Source of the DNA: Thermoanaerobaculia bacterium
GTDB taxonomy: Bacteria > Acidobacteriota > Thermoanaerobaculia > Multivoradales > JAGPDF01
Assembly: GCA_039932315.1 (NCBI GenBank)
Contig: JBDTQG010000005.1
Coordinates: 21,186 to 85,185, forward strand
Direction: 5' to 3'
DNA length: 64,000 nucleotides
Position numbers and translations under genes: made by a program. Shown here one piece after another: positions 17,580-26,686 of this stretch; the first letter of the stretch is position 1; each line of letters begins with the position of its first letter. The notes beneath the pieces were generated by a model. The model was not told the DNA's origin, did not search any database, and saw nothing but the letters and a program-made list of their open reading frames with translations.

Positions 17580-18164
17580 ATGAAAGCCCTGAGGATGGAC
17601 AGAACGAACTTCGCACGAGCGACCTCGCTTCTGCTGGCGCTGCTGCTGCCGGCCTGCTCGGGTCTTGCGAAACGGCCGGTCGCGGCGGACCTCGGACTCG
17701 ACGGACTCGCCTGCGTCGGAAAGGTGGCACCCGCGTTCACTGGACTGAGCCTCTCGAGCAATCTCGGGCTCGTCCAGAAAACCCGCCTGGCGACGGACAA
17801 GGGCGGAGTCTGTGCCGCCAGGGTTTTCGCCGTGACGGCGCCGGTCGTTCTCTATCGTGTTTTCGACGCGAGCAAGCCGTACACGGAATTCGGCGGCTGG
17901 TGGGCGCTCGCGCGGCCGAGCGGTTCCCGCGACGAGTACCGCGCGGCGAACGCCATCTGCCCGGAGTGGAGCGCGCTCGACCGATTGGCGGCGTGCGAGA
18001 TCCGGCCCGGAACCCAGGTCGTCCTGGGGACGACGCAGAGTGCCGTCTGCGCGGACGGCACGAGCTACCCGAAGAGCGATTCGATCCAGGTCTATGTTCC
18101 GAACGATTCCCGTGCCGGGATCGTGCACGTCGGCAACTGCACCGAAGAGACGATCTGGCCGTGA
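17580..18164 (+). CDS. Cys-rich lipoprotein, unknown function
   Basis: Lipobox LLLPAC and seven further Cys residues. First gene of a three-gene overlapping set. Confidence 0.6.
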   Translation: MKALRMDRTNFARATSLLLALLLPACSGLAKRPVAADLGLDGLACVGKVAPAFTGLSLSSNLGLVQKTRLATDKGGVCAARVFAVTAPVVLYRVFDASKPYTEFGGWWALARPSGSRDEYRAANAICPEWSALDRLAACEIRPGTQVVLGTTQSAVCADGTSYPKSDSIQVYVPNDSRAGIVHVGNCTEETIWP

Positions 18165-18613
18165 TGGAGCTCCCCTTCATCGACGAACACGCGATGCCGT
18201 GCGCGGAGCCCGTCGACGCAACCTGGGAGGCGCTTCTCGGACTTCTGCGCCGCCAGTCGAGCGGCAGCGCCTGGTTCGCCCGGCGGCTCGGCTGCGATCC
18301 TGCAGCGGGGACGGCGGAGTTCGCGGGACGCGTCGGAGAAGCGGTGCCGGGTTTCCGGGTGGCCGAAGCGGAGCGCGGAAAGCGGCTCGCGCTGCGCGGG
18401 CGCCACCGCTTTGCCGACTACGCCCTGATCTTTCTCATCGACGGCGAAAGCCTGCGCGCGCGATCCTACGGTTCGTTCCCCGGACTCCGCGGGCGCCTCT
18501 ACCGCGCGTTGGTCATCGGCAGCGGCGGCCATCGCCTGATCACGCGCCGTATGCTGCGGCAATCCGTTGCCGCCGCGAGGCGCGTTACCCTCGGACGCCT
18601 GGAGGTCCCGTGA
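18164..18613 (+). CDS. hypothetical protein (possibly SRPBCC-like)
   Basis: ATG 18164 overlaps the upstream TGA by 1 nt. 149 aa; the fold assignment is only a guess. Confidence 0.5.
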   Translation: MELPFIDEHAMPCAEPVDATWEALLGLLRRQSSGSAWFARRLGCDPAAGTAEFAGRVGEAVPGFRVAEAERGKRLALRGRHRFADYALIFLIDGESLRARSYGSFPGLRGRLYRALVIGSGGHRLITRRMLRQSVAAARRVTLGRLEVP

Positions 18614-18846
18614 AAGAAGAAAACAGCTCGCTTGCCGGCTCGACGTTCACCAACGTCGATCTCCGCCAGGCGAAATTCGACGACGTCAATCTGCGCGCTG
18701 CCAGTTTCTGGAACGTCTGCCTGGCAGAGGCGAAGCTCATCGACGTCGATCTCTCGAACGTTGCGATCGCCAATGCCAATCTCACCGGGATGACGATCCA
18801 CGGCATTCTCGTCTCGGACCTCCTGCAGGCGTTCGAAAAGAAATAG
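18610..18846 (+). CDS. pentapeptide-repeat protein (short)
   Basis: GTG 18610 in a GTGA overlap. Five-residue periodicity: TNVDLRQAKFDDVNLRAASFWNVCLAEAKLIDVDLSNVAIANANLTG. Confidence 0.7.
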   Translation: MKEENSSLAGSTFTNVDLRQAKFDDVNLRAASFWNVCLAEAKLIDVDLSNVAIANANLTGMTIHGILVSDLLQAFEKK

Positions 18847-18894
18847 CGCGCGATGGCCGGAGGCGACGGCTGAAAGTCGGGTTGCCTCTGTAGA

Positions 18895-19326
18895 ATGAAA
18901 AGCACGATGCAGCAATCGCTCGCCCATGTCGCATTGGTCGTGCGGGACTACGACGAAGCGATCGCGTTCTACACGCAGAAGCTGAAGTTCCGGCTGGTCG
19001 AGGATCGCTTTCAGCCCGAAGAGAACAAGCGCTGGGTGGTCGTCGCGCCACCCGGATCGACGGGCGCGACGCTGGTCCTCGCGCGGGCGTCGGATCCGAA
19101 ACAGCAGCCGTTCGTCGGCAATCAGACGGGCGGAAGGGTCTTTCTCTTTCTGTCGACGGACGACTTCTGGCGCGACTATCATCGGATGGTGAGCGACGGC
19201 ATCCGCTTCGTCCGGCCGCCGAACGAGCAGCCGTACGGCATCGTCGCCGTTTTCGAGGACCTGTATGGCAACCTGTGGGACTTCATTCAGCACTCGCAGC
19301 CGCGCGATGCGAACGTGAACCCGTGA
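18895..19326 (+). CDS. VOC (glyoxalase/bleomycin-resistance) family protein
   Basis: LAHVALVVRDYDEAIAFY ... FEDLYGNLWD is a typical VOC beta-alpha-beta-beta-beta pattern. Confidence 0.85.
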   Translation: MKSTMQQSLAHVALVVRDYDEAIAFYTQKLKFRLVEDRFQPEENKRWVVVAPPGSTGATLVLARASDPKQQPFVGNQTGGRVFLFLSTDDFWRDYHRMVSDGIRFVRPPNEQPYGIVAVFEDLYGNLWDFIQHSQPRDANVNP

Positions 19327-19679
19327 AGATCCTTCGCTCCGTTCTTGCCGTCATTTCCGGGTACGCGATTTTCGCGGCCGGCGCTTTCGCCTTTTTTCGC
19401 ATTTCGGGGCAGGCGCCGCACCAGCCTGCGCCGGTTTCGATCATGATCGCGAGCATCGCCGTCGGCGTGCTTTGCGCGCTTCTCGGCGGCTACGCGGCAG
19501 CCCGTCTCGCTGGCCGACGCCCGCTCGCCCACGGCATCGCTGTCGCCGTGATCCTGGAGCTCGGAGCCCTGGCGTCGCTCGTGAGCACGCTCGGTCACGG
19601 TGCGATCTGGACGCAGGTTTCCGCTCTGGTTCTGATGTCCCCGGCCGCCGCGCTCGGTGGCTGGCTGCGCAGCCGGTAG
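19323..19679 (+). CDS. small membrane protein (4 TM)
   Basis: GTG 19323 in a GTGA overlap with the VOC stop; hydrophobic throughout. Confidence 0.5.
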   Translation: MKILRSVLAVISGYAIFAAGAFAFFRISGQAPHQPAPVSIMIASIAVGVLCALLGGYAAARLAGRRPLAHGIAVAVILELGALASLVSTLGHGAIWTQVSALVLMSPAAALGGWLRSR

Positions 19680-19782
19680 GTTGGGCGCCGATGATCGAGG
19701 AGGGGGGGGCGATGCGTGACCGTCGCGCTCCCCATGCGTCGCTCCGGTGGCCCCCGGGCCGGGCGTCCGGCGCATCTCAGAC

Positions 19783-20214
19783 ATGAGCGACAGTCCCTCC
19801 GTGCTCGTCCTGTCCTCGAGTTACACCGGCATCAGCCGGTGGATTTTCGCTCCGTACCTGCTGTTCGCGTTGCCGTACCTCGTGCTGGGCCTCGCCCAGC
19901 GCTCGGGTCCCATGTTGCTCATCGCCGGTGCCATGGGTTTCGGCGCCGCGCTTCGATACATGAGCAGCCGGCGACTGCTCGACATCTCGATCGCCGGCGA
20001 CGTCGTCACGGCGTCGTCCTATCGCCGCACGACCCGGTTTGCGCTCTCGACGGTTAGCGACATCCAATTGCTGCCGCGGAACCGGGCCTGCATGCATGTG
20101 CGGGAGCTCACCCCGTTCGGCTACGACCTGCTCTTCCAACCCCGCGGTGCGACGCGGAGGGGCGAGAATGCGGGCGTGCAGGAGGCGCGAGCACGGATGC
20201 TCTCGGCGCAGTGA
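19783..20214 (+). CDS. hypothetical membrane protein
   Basis: Internal ATG 19783; two N-terminal TM segments followed by a soluble domain. Confidence 0.45.
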   Translation: MSDSPSVLVLSSSYTGISRWIFAPYLLFALPYLVLGLAQRSGPMLLIAGAMGFGAALRYMSSRRLLDISIAGDVVTASSYRRTTRFALSTVSDIQLLPRNRACMHVRELTPFGYDLLFQPRGATRRGENAGVQEARARMLSAQ

Positions 20215-20368
20215 ACCTGCTGCCGGCGGCTGCGGGCCTGGGCGCGGGCGGAACCGGCGATCTCTTCTTCCCCTTCGTTGTCCCCGATCGGACCCTGCCC
20301 TCGCCGTCGCCGAGCCGTGCGGTTGCACGCGCCCAGGTTCGGCCGATGATTGCCTCGAGAAGATTCCG

Positions 20369-20878
20369 ATGAGCTCCGGCAACGACAAAGGCTTTTCGAT
20401 CGCCTCCAGCCCCGCCGACTACGCGGTCGCGCGCCAGCTTTTCGAGGAGTATGCGGAGCGCCTTGGCGTCGACCTCTGCTTTCAGGGATTCGCGAAGGAG
20501 CTGGAAGATCTGCAGGAGAAGTACGGGCCGCCCGCGGGCTGCATTCTTCTGGCGCGGGATGGAGGCGAGGCGGTCGGGTGCATCGCGCTGCGGCGCGTCT
20601 CGGATGAAACCTGCGAAATGAAACGTCTCTATGTGCGTTCTTCCGCGCGCGGCACCGGCCTGGGGCGGCGACTTGCGATCGCGCTCATCGATTTCGCCGG
20701 GCAGCTTGGCTACCGGCGGATGATTCTGGACACGCTTGCGACCATGACCGAGGCGCATCGGCTTTACGCTTCGCTCGGCTTCACCGATACGGCTGCCTAT
20801 TACCCGAATCCACTTCCCGGCGTGCGCTACATGGCGCTGGATCTGCTGCAATCCGTATTGCCCGAAAGTTCGATCTAG
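20369..20878 (+). CDS. GNAT family N-acetyltransferase
   Basis: Internal ATG 20369. GCIALRRV...EMKRLYVRSSARGTGLGRRL is the acetyl-CoA-binding motif A (R/Q-x-x-G-x-G/A). Confidence 0.85.
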   Translation: MSSGNDKGFSIASSPADYAVARQLFEEYAERLGVDLCFQGFAKELEDLQEKYGPPAGCILLARDGGEAVGCIALRRVSDETCEMKRLYVRSSARGTGLGRRLAIALIDFAGQLGYRRMILDTLATMTEAHRLYASLGFTDTAAYYPNPLPGVRYMALDLLQSVLPESSI

Positions 20879-21076
20879 GACGCGAGGTCGCTTTCCGAGC
20901 GCGAAAGCTCAGCCCGTGCTGGGATGGCAACCGCGCGCTCTCGAAGAGGCGATCGTCGCCCACGGCGAAATGAGCCTGAGAGGGGGCTGCGCTGGACCTC
21001 GCGATGGCGCTCGCCGTCGCTCCCGGGATTCGTTAGGCTCTCCCAGGTCAACGCCGGTTCGCTTCGAGGAGAGAAC

Positions 21077-21445
21077 ATGCAACTCGGTGCTTTTTCGATC
21101 AGCCTGGCGGTGAAGGATCTCGCGGCCTCGCGGGCGTTCTACGAAAAGGTCGGCTTCACGGTCTTCGGCGGTAACGGCAAGAGCTACGCGATGCTCCGCA
21201 ACGGGGACCGCATCATCGGACTTTTTCAGGGAATGTTCGACACGAACACCCTGACGTTCAATCCCGGCTGGGACAGCAATGCACAGCCGCTCGCCGAGTT
21301 CACCGACGTGCGGGAGCTGCAGCGGCAGCTCAAGGCGCAGGGTCTCGAGATGACCGTAGCGGCCGACGAGACGACGACCGGTCCGGCCTACTTCATGGTT
21401 CTCGATCCGGACGGAAATCCGCTGCTCTTCGATCAACACGTCTGA
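21077..21445 (+). CDS. VOC/glyoxalase family protein
   Basis: Internal ATG 21077. AFSISLAVKDLAASRAFYEKVGF ... VLDPDGNPLLFDQ. Confidence 0.8.
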   Translation: MQLGAFSISLAVKDLAASRAFYEKVGFTVFGGNGKSYAMLRNGDRIIGLFQGMFDTNTLTFNPGWDSNAQPLAEFTDVRELQRQLKAQGLEMTVAADETTTGPAYFMVLDPDGNPLLFDQHV

Positions 21446-21477
21446 GTCGCAGCCGAATTCTCGGAAGGCACGCCGGT

Positions 21478-22173
21478 ATGGGAAAAGTCGTCGTCAGAAG
21501 TTTCGGGGTCTCGCTCGACGGCTTCGGCGCGGGTGTAGATCAGAGTCTCGAGAATCCGCTCGGCGTCGGCGGACCTGACATCATGGGCTGGGTCTTCCCG
21601 ACGCGCTTCTTTGCTCAAATGCACGCTGGCTCCGACGGCTCCGATGGCTCCGATGGCTCCACTGGCTCCGATGTCTCCTCTGGTGAAACCGGTACCGACA
21701 ACGAGATGGCGGAGCTCGGCTTCGTCGGCATCGGTGCGTGGATTCTCGGGCGCAACATGTTCGGCCCGGTCCGCGGCCGCTGGCCGGACGACACCTGGAA
21801 AGGCTGGTGGGGCGAAGAGCCGCCCTATCGCACACCGGTGTTCGTGCTCACCCACCACGAGCGTGCGCCGCTCGCGATGGCGGGAGGTACGGTGTTCCAC
21901 TTCGTGACGGATGGAATCGAGTCTGCTCTCGCGCAGGCGAAGGCCGCTGCGAAGGACCAGGACGTCCGTATCGGCGGCGGTGTCGCGACGGTCCGCGAAT
22001 ACCTGAAAGCGCGGCACATCGACGAGCTCCATCTTGCGGTCCGTCCCGTGCTCATCGGCAAGGGTGAACCGCTCCTCGCGGGTCTCGACCTGCCGGCGCT
22101 CGGCTACGAGTGCGAGAAGAGTATTGCCGGCGAGCGTGCGACGCACGTGTTTCTGCGCCGCCGTGGCGCCTGA
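21478..22173 (+). CDS. RibD C-terminal (dihydrofolate-reductase-like) domain protein with a low-complexity insert
   Basis: SLDGF ... WILGRNMF ... PVFVLTH ... VRIGGGVATVREYLKARHIDELHLAVRPVLIGKGEPL fits RibD_C. A GSDGSDGSDGSTGSD insert is present. Confidence 0.8.
   Translation: MGKVVVRSFGVSLDGFGAGVDQSLENPLGVGGPDIMGWVFPTRFFAQMHAGSDGSDGSDGSTGSDVSSGETGTDNEMAELGFVGIGAWILGRNMFGPVRGRWPDDTWKGWWGEEPPYRTPVFVLTHHERAPLAMAGGTVFHFVTDGIESALAQAKAAAKDQDVRIGGGVATVREYLKARHIDELHLAVRPVLIGKGEPLLAGLDLPALGYECEKSIAGERATHVFLRRRGA
21628..21672 (+). repeat. 9-bp in-frame tandem repeat, 5 units (ggctccgat consensus) encoding GSD repeats
   Basis: Units read directly: ggctccgac ggctccgat ggctccgat ggctccact ggctccgat. Confidence 0.9.
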
Positions 22174-22293
22174 AAGACCGGACGACGGAGGGAAGTATCC
22201 CCGATGGCTGCGGAATCGACGCCCTGACCTCCTCTCGCATCGAACCGATCGCCGGCTCATCTCCGACGCCATTTTCACATCTCCGCATTTCCA

Positions 22294-22896
22294 ATGACCG
22301 CGCTCGAGCCCCTGGCGGCGCTCCTGCACGAGGTGCGAACCTGCCGCGCCTGCGCCGGCTCGCTGCCGCTCGGGCCGCGACCGATCGTGCAGGGCGAGTC
22401 GTCGGCCCGGATCCTTCTCGCAAGTCAGGCGCCAGGAGCGCGCGCTCACGCCTCGGGTATCCCCTTCGACGACGCGAGTGGCGAGCGCCTGCGCCGCTGG
22501 CTCGGGCTCGACCGCGAACGCTTTTATGACGCGAGCCGGATTGCGATCCTGCCGATGGGTTTCTGTTTTCCCGGTACCGCACGGGCCGGCGACCTGCCAC
22601 CACGGCCGGAGTGCGCGAAGCTCTGGCGCGAGCGCCTTCTCGCGGCGCTGCCGCGGATCGAGCTGACCGTCGTGATCGGCCGGTACGCGCAGAACTACCA
22701 TCTCCCGGCGGCAGGAGAGACGCTGACCGAGGTCGTGCGGAACTGGCGCAGCTTCGCACCGGCCATCGTTCCGCTCCCGCATCCGAGTCCGCGCAATCAG
22801 GCCTGGTTCAAGCGCCATCCATGGTTCGAGACCGAGGTTGTACCGGCACTGCAGCAGCGCGTCGCGGCGGCATTGCGCGAAGTTCCGCCGCCGTAG
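22294..22896 (+). CDS. uracil-DNA glycosylase superfamily protein
   Basis: CRAC near the N-terminus, a GES..ILLASQAPG motif-A-like region, and LPHPSPRN (motif B). Confidence 0.75.
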   Translation: MTALEPLAALLHEVRTCRACAGSLPLGPRPIVQGESSARILLASQAPGARAHASGIPFDDASGERLRRWLGLDRERFYDASRIAILPMGFCFPGTARAGDLPPRPECAKLWRERLLAALPRIELTVVIGRYAQNYHLPAAGETLTEVVRNWRSFAPAIVPLPHPSPRNQAWFKRHPWFETEVVPALQQRVAAALREVPPP

Positions 22897-22910
22897 CGCT
22901 CGCGAGCCCG

Positions 22911-23366
22911 CTACGGCGCCGCGTCGACGAAGCGGAGCTCTTCAAGATTCTGGAAGGCCAGGTCGCCGAACTTCCAGTCGTGCGGCAGGAGAAAGCTGAT
23001 TCGCGAGCCCAGCAACAGCGGCCGGCCGGCGATCTGCGGGTGGCCGACGACGTGCGCCGCGACCATCTCCGGGAGCGGCTCCGGTGCAACGATCCAGAGC
23101 CAGACGAGATTTTCGACGATGACGCCGCCGCCGGGACCTTCGATCCACTCTTCGTGGGCGCTGAGCTCGAGACGTGCGACGACGGCGACGACGAGGGTTC
23201 CGTCCGCGGGTCCGTCACTCTTCCCGCGGTCGGCGGCGGAGGTTGCTCCTTCCACTGTGGCCGCTGTCCGTGCGGGCGCATTGGAAGTGCAGGCAGTGAA
23301 GAGCAGCGCGGCGAGGGCAACCGCGCATTTGCGGGCGATACGGTTTGAGTGACGAATCCGGAGCAT
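22911..23366 (-). CDS. lipoprotein, unknown function
   Basis: Met at 23366 followed by lipobox LLFTAC. This is the C-terminal 151 codons of a 339-aa ORF whose upstream part looks non-coding. Confidence 0.5.
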   Translation of the reverse strand: MLRIRHSNRIARKCAVALAALLFTACTSNAPARTAATVEGATSAADRGKSDGPADGTLVVAVVARLELSAHEEWIEGPGGGVIVENLVWLWIVAPEPLPEMVAAHVVGHPQIAGRPLLLGSRISFLLPHDWKFGDLAFQNLEELRFVDAAP

Positions 23367-23543
23367 AAAGGGATCCTCGAAGAAGGATACGTCGTTGCGA
23401 ACCGCGCAGGGCCAGCCGTGACCTCCAGGGTCCGGACGGCCACCGAAGCCCGGCAACGCCGGGTGCAGGGACCCGTGAAGCCTGTGTGCGCCATCGCACC
23501 CGCACTCGTGCTCTGATCGGCGACGACGAGAGGAGATGAGAAC

Positions 23544-23918
23544 ATGCCGCAGGTTGTTCGGGCCTATCCGGTGCTGCCGGGATTCGAAGCGAAGACGATG
23601 GCGATCGCGCGGGAAATGAAAGGTGCGCGAGCGCGCGAAGCGCGGGAGTTCTTCCGCCACCATGGCATCGCGCGAGAAAGCTGGCACGCGCAGACGACTC
23701 CGAACGGCATGTGGATCATCGCCGTCACCGACATTCCGGACAAGCCGGTCGTACAGGCGGCCCGCGACTACGCGGCCTCGGTACTGCCGTTCGATCGCTG
23801 GCTCAAGGATCAGGTGAAAATCGTCACCGGCATCGATCCCGACAAGGATCCGCTCGGCCCGCCGACCGATTGCATCTTCGACTCGGTCATCGATACCGAC
23901 GAAACGGCGGGAGACTGA
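23544..23918 (+). CDS. hypothetical protein
   Basis: 124 aa with a GAGGAG Shine-Dalgarno upstream; no family recognised. Confidence 0.5.
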   Translation: MPQVVRAYPVLPGFEAKTMAIAREMKGARAREAREFFRHHGIARESWHAQTTPNGMWIIAVTDIPDKPVVQAARDYAASVLPFDRWLKDQVKIVTGIDPDKDPLGPPTDCIFDSVIDTDETAGD

Positions 23919-24052
23919 AGGTTGAGGCATTTCGCGGCATCTCGCTCCATCACAGGATCCACCATCGCGGCAGATGTTGGTCTGTCTGAGATGGCTCTAC
24001 GTGCCGGTCCCCGGCTTCTACGGTCCGACGGCGGACGAGGCCCAGAGAACCG

Positions 24053-24994
24053 TTGAATGGATCCGCGGCGCTGGTGCATGCGCTCTTGTGCGGAGCCCTG
24101 CTCTCGGCGGGCTCCGGCGGAGCGCCGACTCGCGCGAAAGCGCCGGAGTTGACGGCGGAACCGCTGAGCCTCGACGCGTTTCAGGCGGCGCCCAGTGGTC
24201 GGGCCGACCAGCGCGTCGCCTACGGCAGCGATCCGAGTCAGTTCGCCGATCTGCGCGTGCCGAGAACGCCCGGCCCGCATCCGGTCGTCGTGCTGATCCA
24301 CGGTGGCTGCTGGCGGGCGTCGTTCGCGAACCTGCGCGACCTCGCGCCGATGGCCGAGGCGCTCGTCACCGACGGCATCGCGACGTGGAACGTCGAGTAC
24401 CGGCGTCTGCCGCAACCGGGGAGCGGCTGGCCGGGAACGTTCACCGACGTCGGACTCGCCATCGACCATCTACGGACGATCGCCGCGGAACAAAAACTCG
24501 ATCTCGATCGCGTCGTCGCGGTGGGCCATTCGGCGGGCGGCCAGCTCGCGCTCTGGGCCGCCGCCCGCCATCGTCTGCCGTCGGGCAGCGAGCTCGCCGT
24601 TCGGGACCCCCTGGCGCTCGCGGGAGTCGTCGATCTCGACGGGCCCGGCGATCTCGAGGCCTTCCTGCGCTACGAAGCCGACGGTTGCGGTGCCGGCATC
24701 GTCGGTTCGCTGCTCGGCGGAAGTCCCACGAAGTTTCCCGAGCGCTATGCCCAGAGCTCCGCGGGGCGCATGCTGCCGCTCGGCGTTCCGCAGATCCTCG
24801 TCTGGGGTGCCCTGGATGGAATCGTCTCCCCAGTGCTCGGCGAGGAGTACGCGAAGGCGGCGAAAGCGGCAGGAGATTCCGTGCGCCTCGAGATCCTTCC
24901 CGGGCGAGGCCACTTCGACGCCGCGAGCCCCACGACCCCTTCCTGGCCCGTCGTCCACGCCGCGATCCGTGAGCTGCTGAAGCTCAAGCCCTGA
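24053..24994 (+). CDS. secreted alpha/beta hydrolase (esterase/lipase-like)
   Basis: VVVLIHGGCW (HGG oxyanion motif) and GHSAGG nucleophile elbow. The TTG start at 24053 is uncertain. Confidence 0.8.
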   Translation: MNGSAALVHALLCGALLSAGSGGAPTRAKAPELTAEPLSLDAFQAAPSGRADQRVAYGSDPSQFADLRVPRTPGPHPVVVLIHGGCWRASFANLRDLAPMAEALVTDGIATWNVEYRRLPQPGSGWPGTFTDVGLAIDHLRTIAAEQKLDLDRVVAVGHSAGGQLALWAAARHRLPSGSELAVRDPLALAGVVDLDGPGDLEAFLRYEADGCGAGIVGSLLGGSPTKFPERYAQSSAGRMLPLGVPQILVWGALDGIVSPVLGEEYAKAAKAAGDSVRLEILPGRGHFDAASPTTPSWPVVHAAIRELLKLKP

Positions 24995-25001
24995 GACGAC
25001 G

Positions 25002-25496
25002 ATGTCCGATCGAGCCCGGAATTTTCTGATCGCGCTCATGGCCACGGCTCTCTTCATTCTGTGGAGAAGCCAGAGTCTGCCGGAGCGCGTCGCCTCGCAT
25101 TTCGACTTTCAGGGCGTCGCGGACGGATTCATCGCGCGGAGGGCTTTGGTCGTCCTGCTCCTCGCGCTCGCGATGTTCGGCCCCTCGATCCTGTTCGCGG
25201 TCGGCACTTTCGCGCTGAAACTACCCGACAGCCTCATCAACCTGCCGAACAAGGAGTACTGGCTGGCGCCGGAGCGGCGTGCAGGAAGCCTTGCTTTCTT
25301 CCAGCGCGTCCTGGACCGGATGACCCTTTCCTTGCTGCTGCTTTTGGTCCTCCTGTTCGAGGAGGTCGTGCGCGCGAATCGCCGGGAACCACCGCGACTC
25401 GATGAAGCGTACTTCTACGTCGGCCTGGGTGCTTTTCTCCTCTTTCAAGCGGTGGAAGTCATTCGCCTCCGGCGCCGTTTTCGCAAAGTACGCTGA
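25002..25496 (+). CDS. DUF1648-like membrane protein
   Basis: LPERVASHFDFQGVADGF after the first TM helix resembles the DUF1648/SdpI N-terminal pattern; four TM segments. Confidence 0.55.
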   Translation: MSDRARNFLIALMATALFILWRSQSLPERVASHFDFQGVADGFIARRALVVLLLALAMFGPSILFAVGTFALKLPDSLINLPNKEYWLAPERRAGSLAFFQRVLDRMTLSLLLLLVLLFEEVVRANRREPPRLDEAYFYVGLGAFLLFQAVEVIRLRRRFRKVR

Positions 25497-25629
25497 CCCT
25501 CCGTTGCCGGGCGTTTCGGGGCCGCAGCCAGGAACATCTGGCCGTCGGGCACCCGTCGTGCACAGAATTCACCGGACAGAAAGCCGCGCTGCGCGCGGCG
25601 GTACTCTTTTCCCGGGAGGAATCCAAGAA

Positions 25630-26460
25630 ATGCCGACTTTCGAAAGCCACGCCGCTCCGGCCACGAAGATCTATTACGAAGACACGGGCGGCAGCGGTCA
25701 GCCGGTCGTTCTCATTCACGGCTGGCCGCTTTCGGGCCGCATGTGGGAAGCGCAGATCGAGGCCCTGACGGCGGCGGGTTACCGCTGCATCTCCTACGAC
25801 CGCCGCGGCTTCGGCGATTCCGGCCGGCCGCAGAGCGGCTTCGACTACGACACGATGACCGCCGATCTGCGCGGTCTGATCGAACACCTCGATCTCAAGA
25901 ACGCGGTCCTCGCCGGTTTCTCGATGGGCGGCGGGGAAGTTTGTCGCTATTTCGGCCGTTATGGCGCGGATCGTGTCGCGAAAGCGATGCTGCTCGGCGC
26001 CGTCCCGCCCTTTCTGCTCAAGGGACCGGACAATCCGGACGCGGTGCCACAGGAGGTCCTCGACGGAATTCTCGCCGGCGTGAAGGCGGACCGGATCAAT
26101 TTTCTCGCCGGCTTTCTGCACAAGTTCTTCAACCTCGACCGGAAGAAGGACGGCATCACCGACGAGGTTCTGAGCTTCACGAAATTTCTCGCCTGGCACG
26201 CTTCGCCGATCGCGACCCAGGGCTGCGTGACCGCCTTCTCGAAAACCGATTTTCGTCCGGACCTCGAAAAAATGAAGGTGCCGACGCTCATCGTCCACGG
26301 CGACAGCGATCAGATCGTTCCGTTCGAGGTCTCCGGCAAGCGCAGCGCGGCGATGCTGCCGCAGGCCCGGCTGGTCGTTCTGAAGGACGCGCCGCACGGC
26401 TTCGCGGCGACGCATCCGCAGGAGCTTTCCCGGGCGATGCTCGATTTCCTGGGCAGCTAG
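25630..26460 (+). CDS. alpha/beta hydrolase, non-haem haloperoxidase-like
   Basis: Internal ATG 25630. IYYEDTGGSGQPVVLIHGWPLSGRMWE, GFSMGGGEV and HGDSDQIVP ... APHG are strongly reminiscent of the chloroperoxidase/aryl esterase subfamily. Confidence 0.85.
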   Translation: MPTFESHAAPATKIYYEDTGGSGQPVVLIHGWPLSGRMWEAQIEALTAAGYRCISYDRRGFGDSGRPQSGFDYDTMTADLRGLIEHLDLKNAVLAGFSMGGGEVCRYFGRYGADRVAKAMLLGAVPPFLLKGPDNPDAVPQEVLDGILAGVKADRINFLAGFLHKFFNLDRKKDGITDEVLSFTKFLAWHASPIATQGCVTAFSKTDFRPDLEKMKVPTLIVHGDSDQIVPFEVSGKRSAAMLPQARLVVLKDAPHGFAATHPQELSRAMLDFLGS

Positions 26461-26587
26461 TCGCGCGGGAAGCGAACCTGCGGCGCGGCTTTGCGTATAG
26501 AGCATTGCGCATGGATCGGGGAGTGGCTCTCTTCCGCAGCCAGGTGACGAGTCACGTTCGGGGGCGCGAGGTCAACGAAAATTGGTG

Positions 26588-26627
26588 CCGGAGCCGACCC
26601 GCCGCACACCGGCGCGGTCGGCTCCGG
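26588..26627 (+). terminator. perfect 11-bp inverted repeat hairpin (ccggagccgac / gtcggctccgg, 18-nt loop)
   Basis: Read directly, about 130 nt after the haloperoxidase-like stop and 60 nt before the next start. No U-tract, so terminator function is uncertain. Confidence 0.3.
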
Positions 26628-26686
26628 GAACCCGCGGCACTGGCGCTCGTTTGCCTTCGCTCGGGCAATTCCCTACGCTCACAACG

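Noticed and set aside
20255-20290. ECF-type promoter (GGAAC ... CGTT) upstream of the GNAT gene
   Set aside because: The spacer between GGAAC and CGTT is about 21 nt, too long for the 16-17 nt expected.
22911-23930. Full 339-aa version of the minus-strand ORF
   Set aside because: The upstream 188 codons are antisense to the 23544-23918 gene and look non-coding. A Met followed by a lipobox at 23366 gives a sensible start.
25583-25610. Hairpin gccgcgc-tgc-gcgcggc followed by a short T4 run before the haloperoxidase-like gene
   Set aside because: It could be a terminator for the upstream membrane-protein gene. However, the stem is short, the T run is only 4 nt and is separated from the stem by 7 nt, so it is not reported as a feature.
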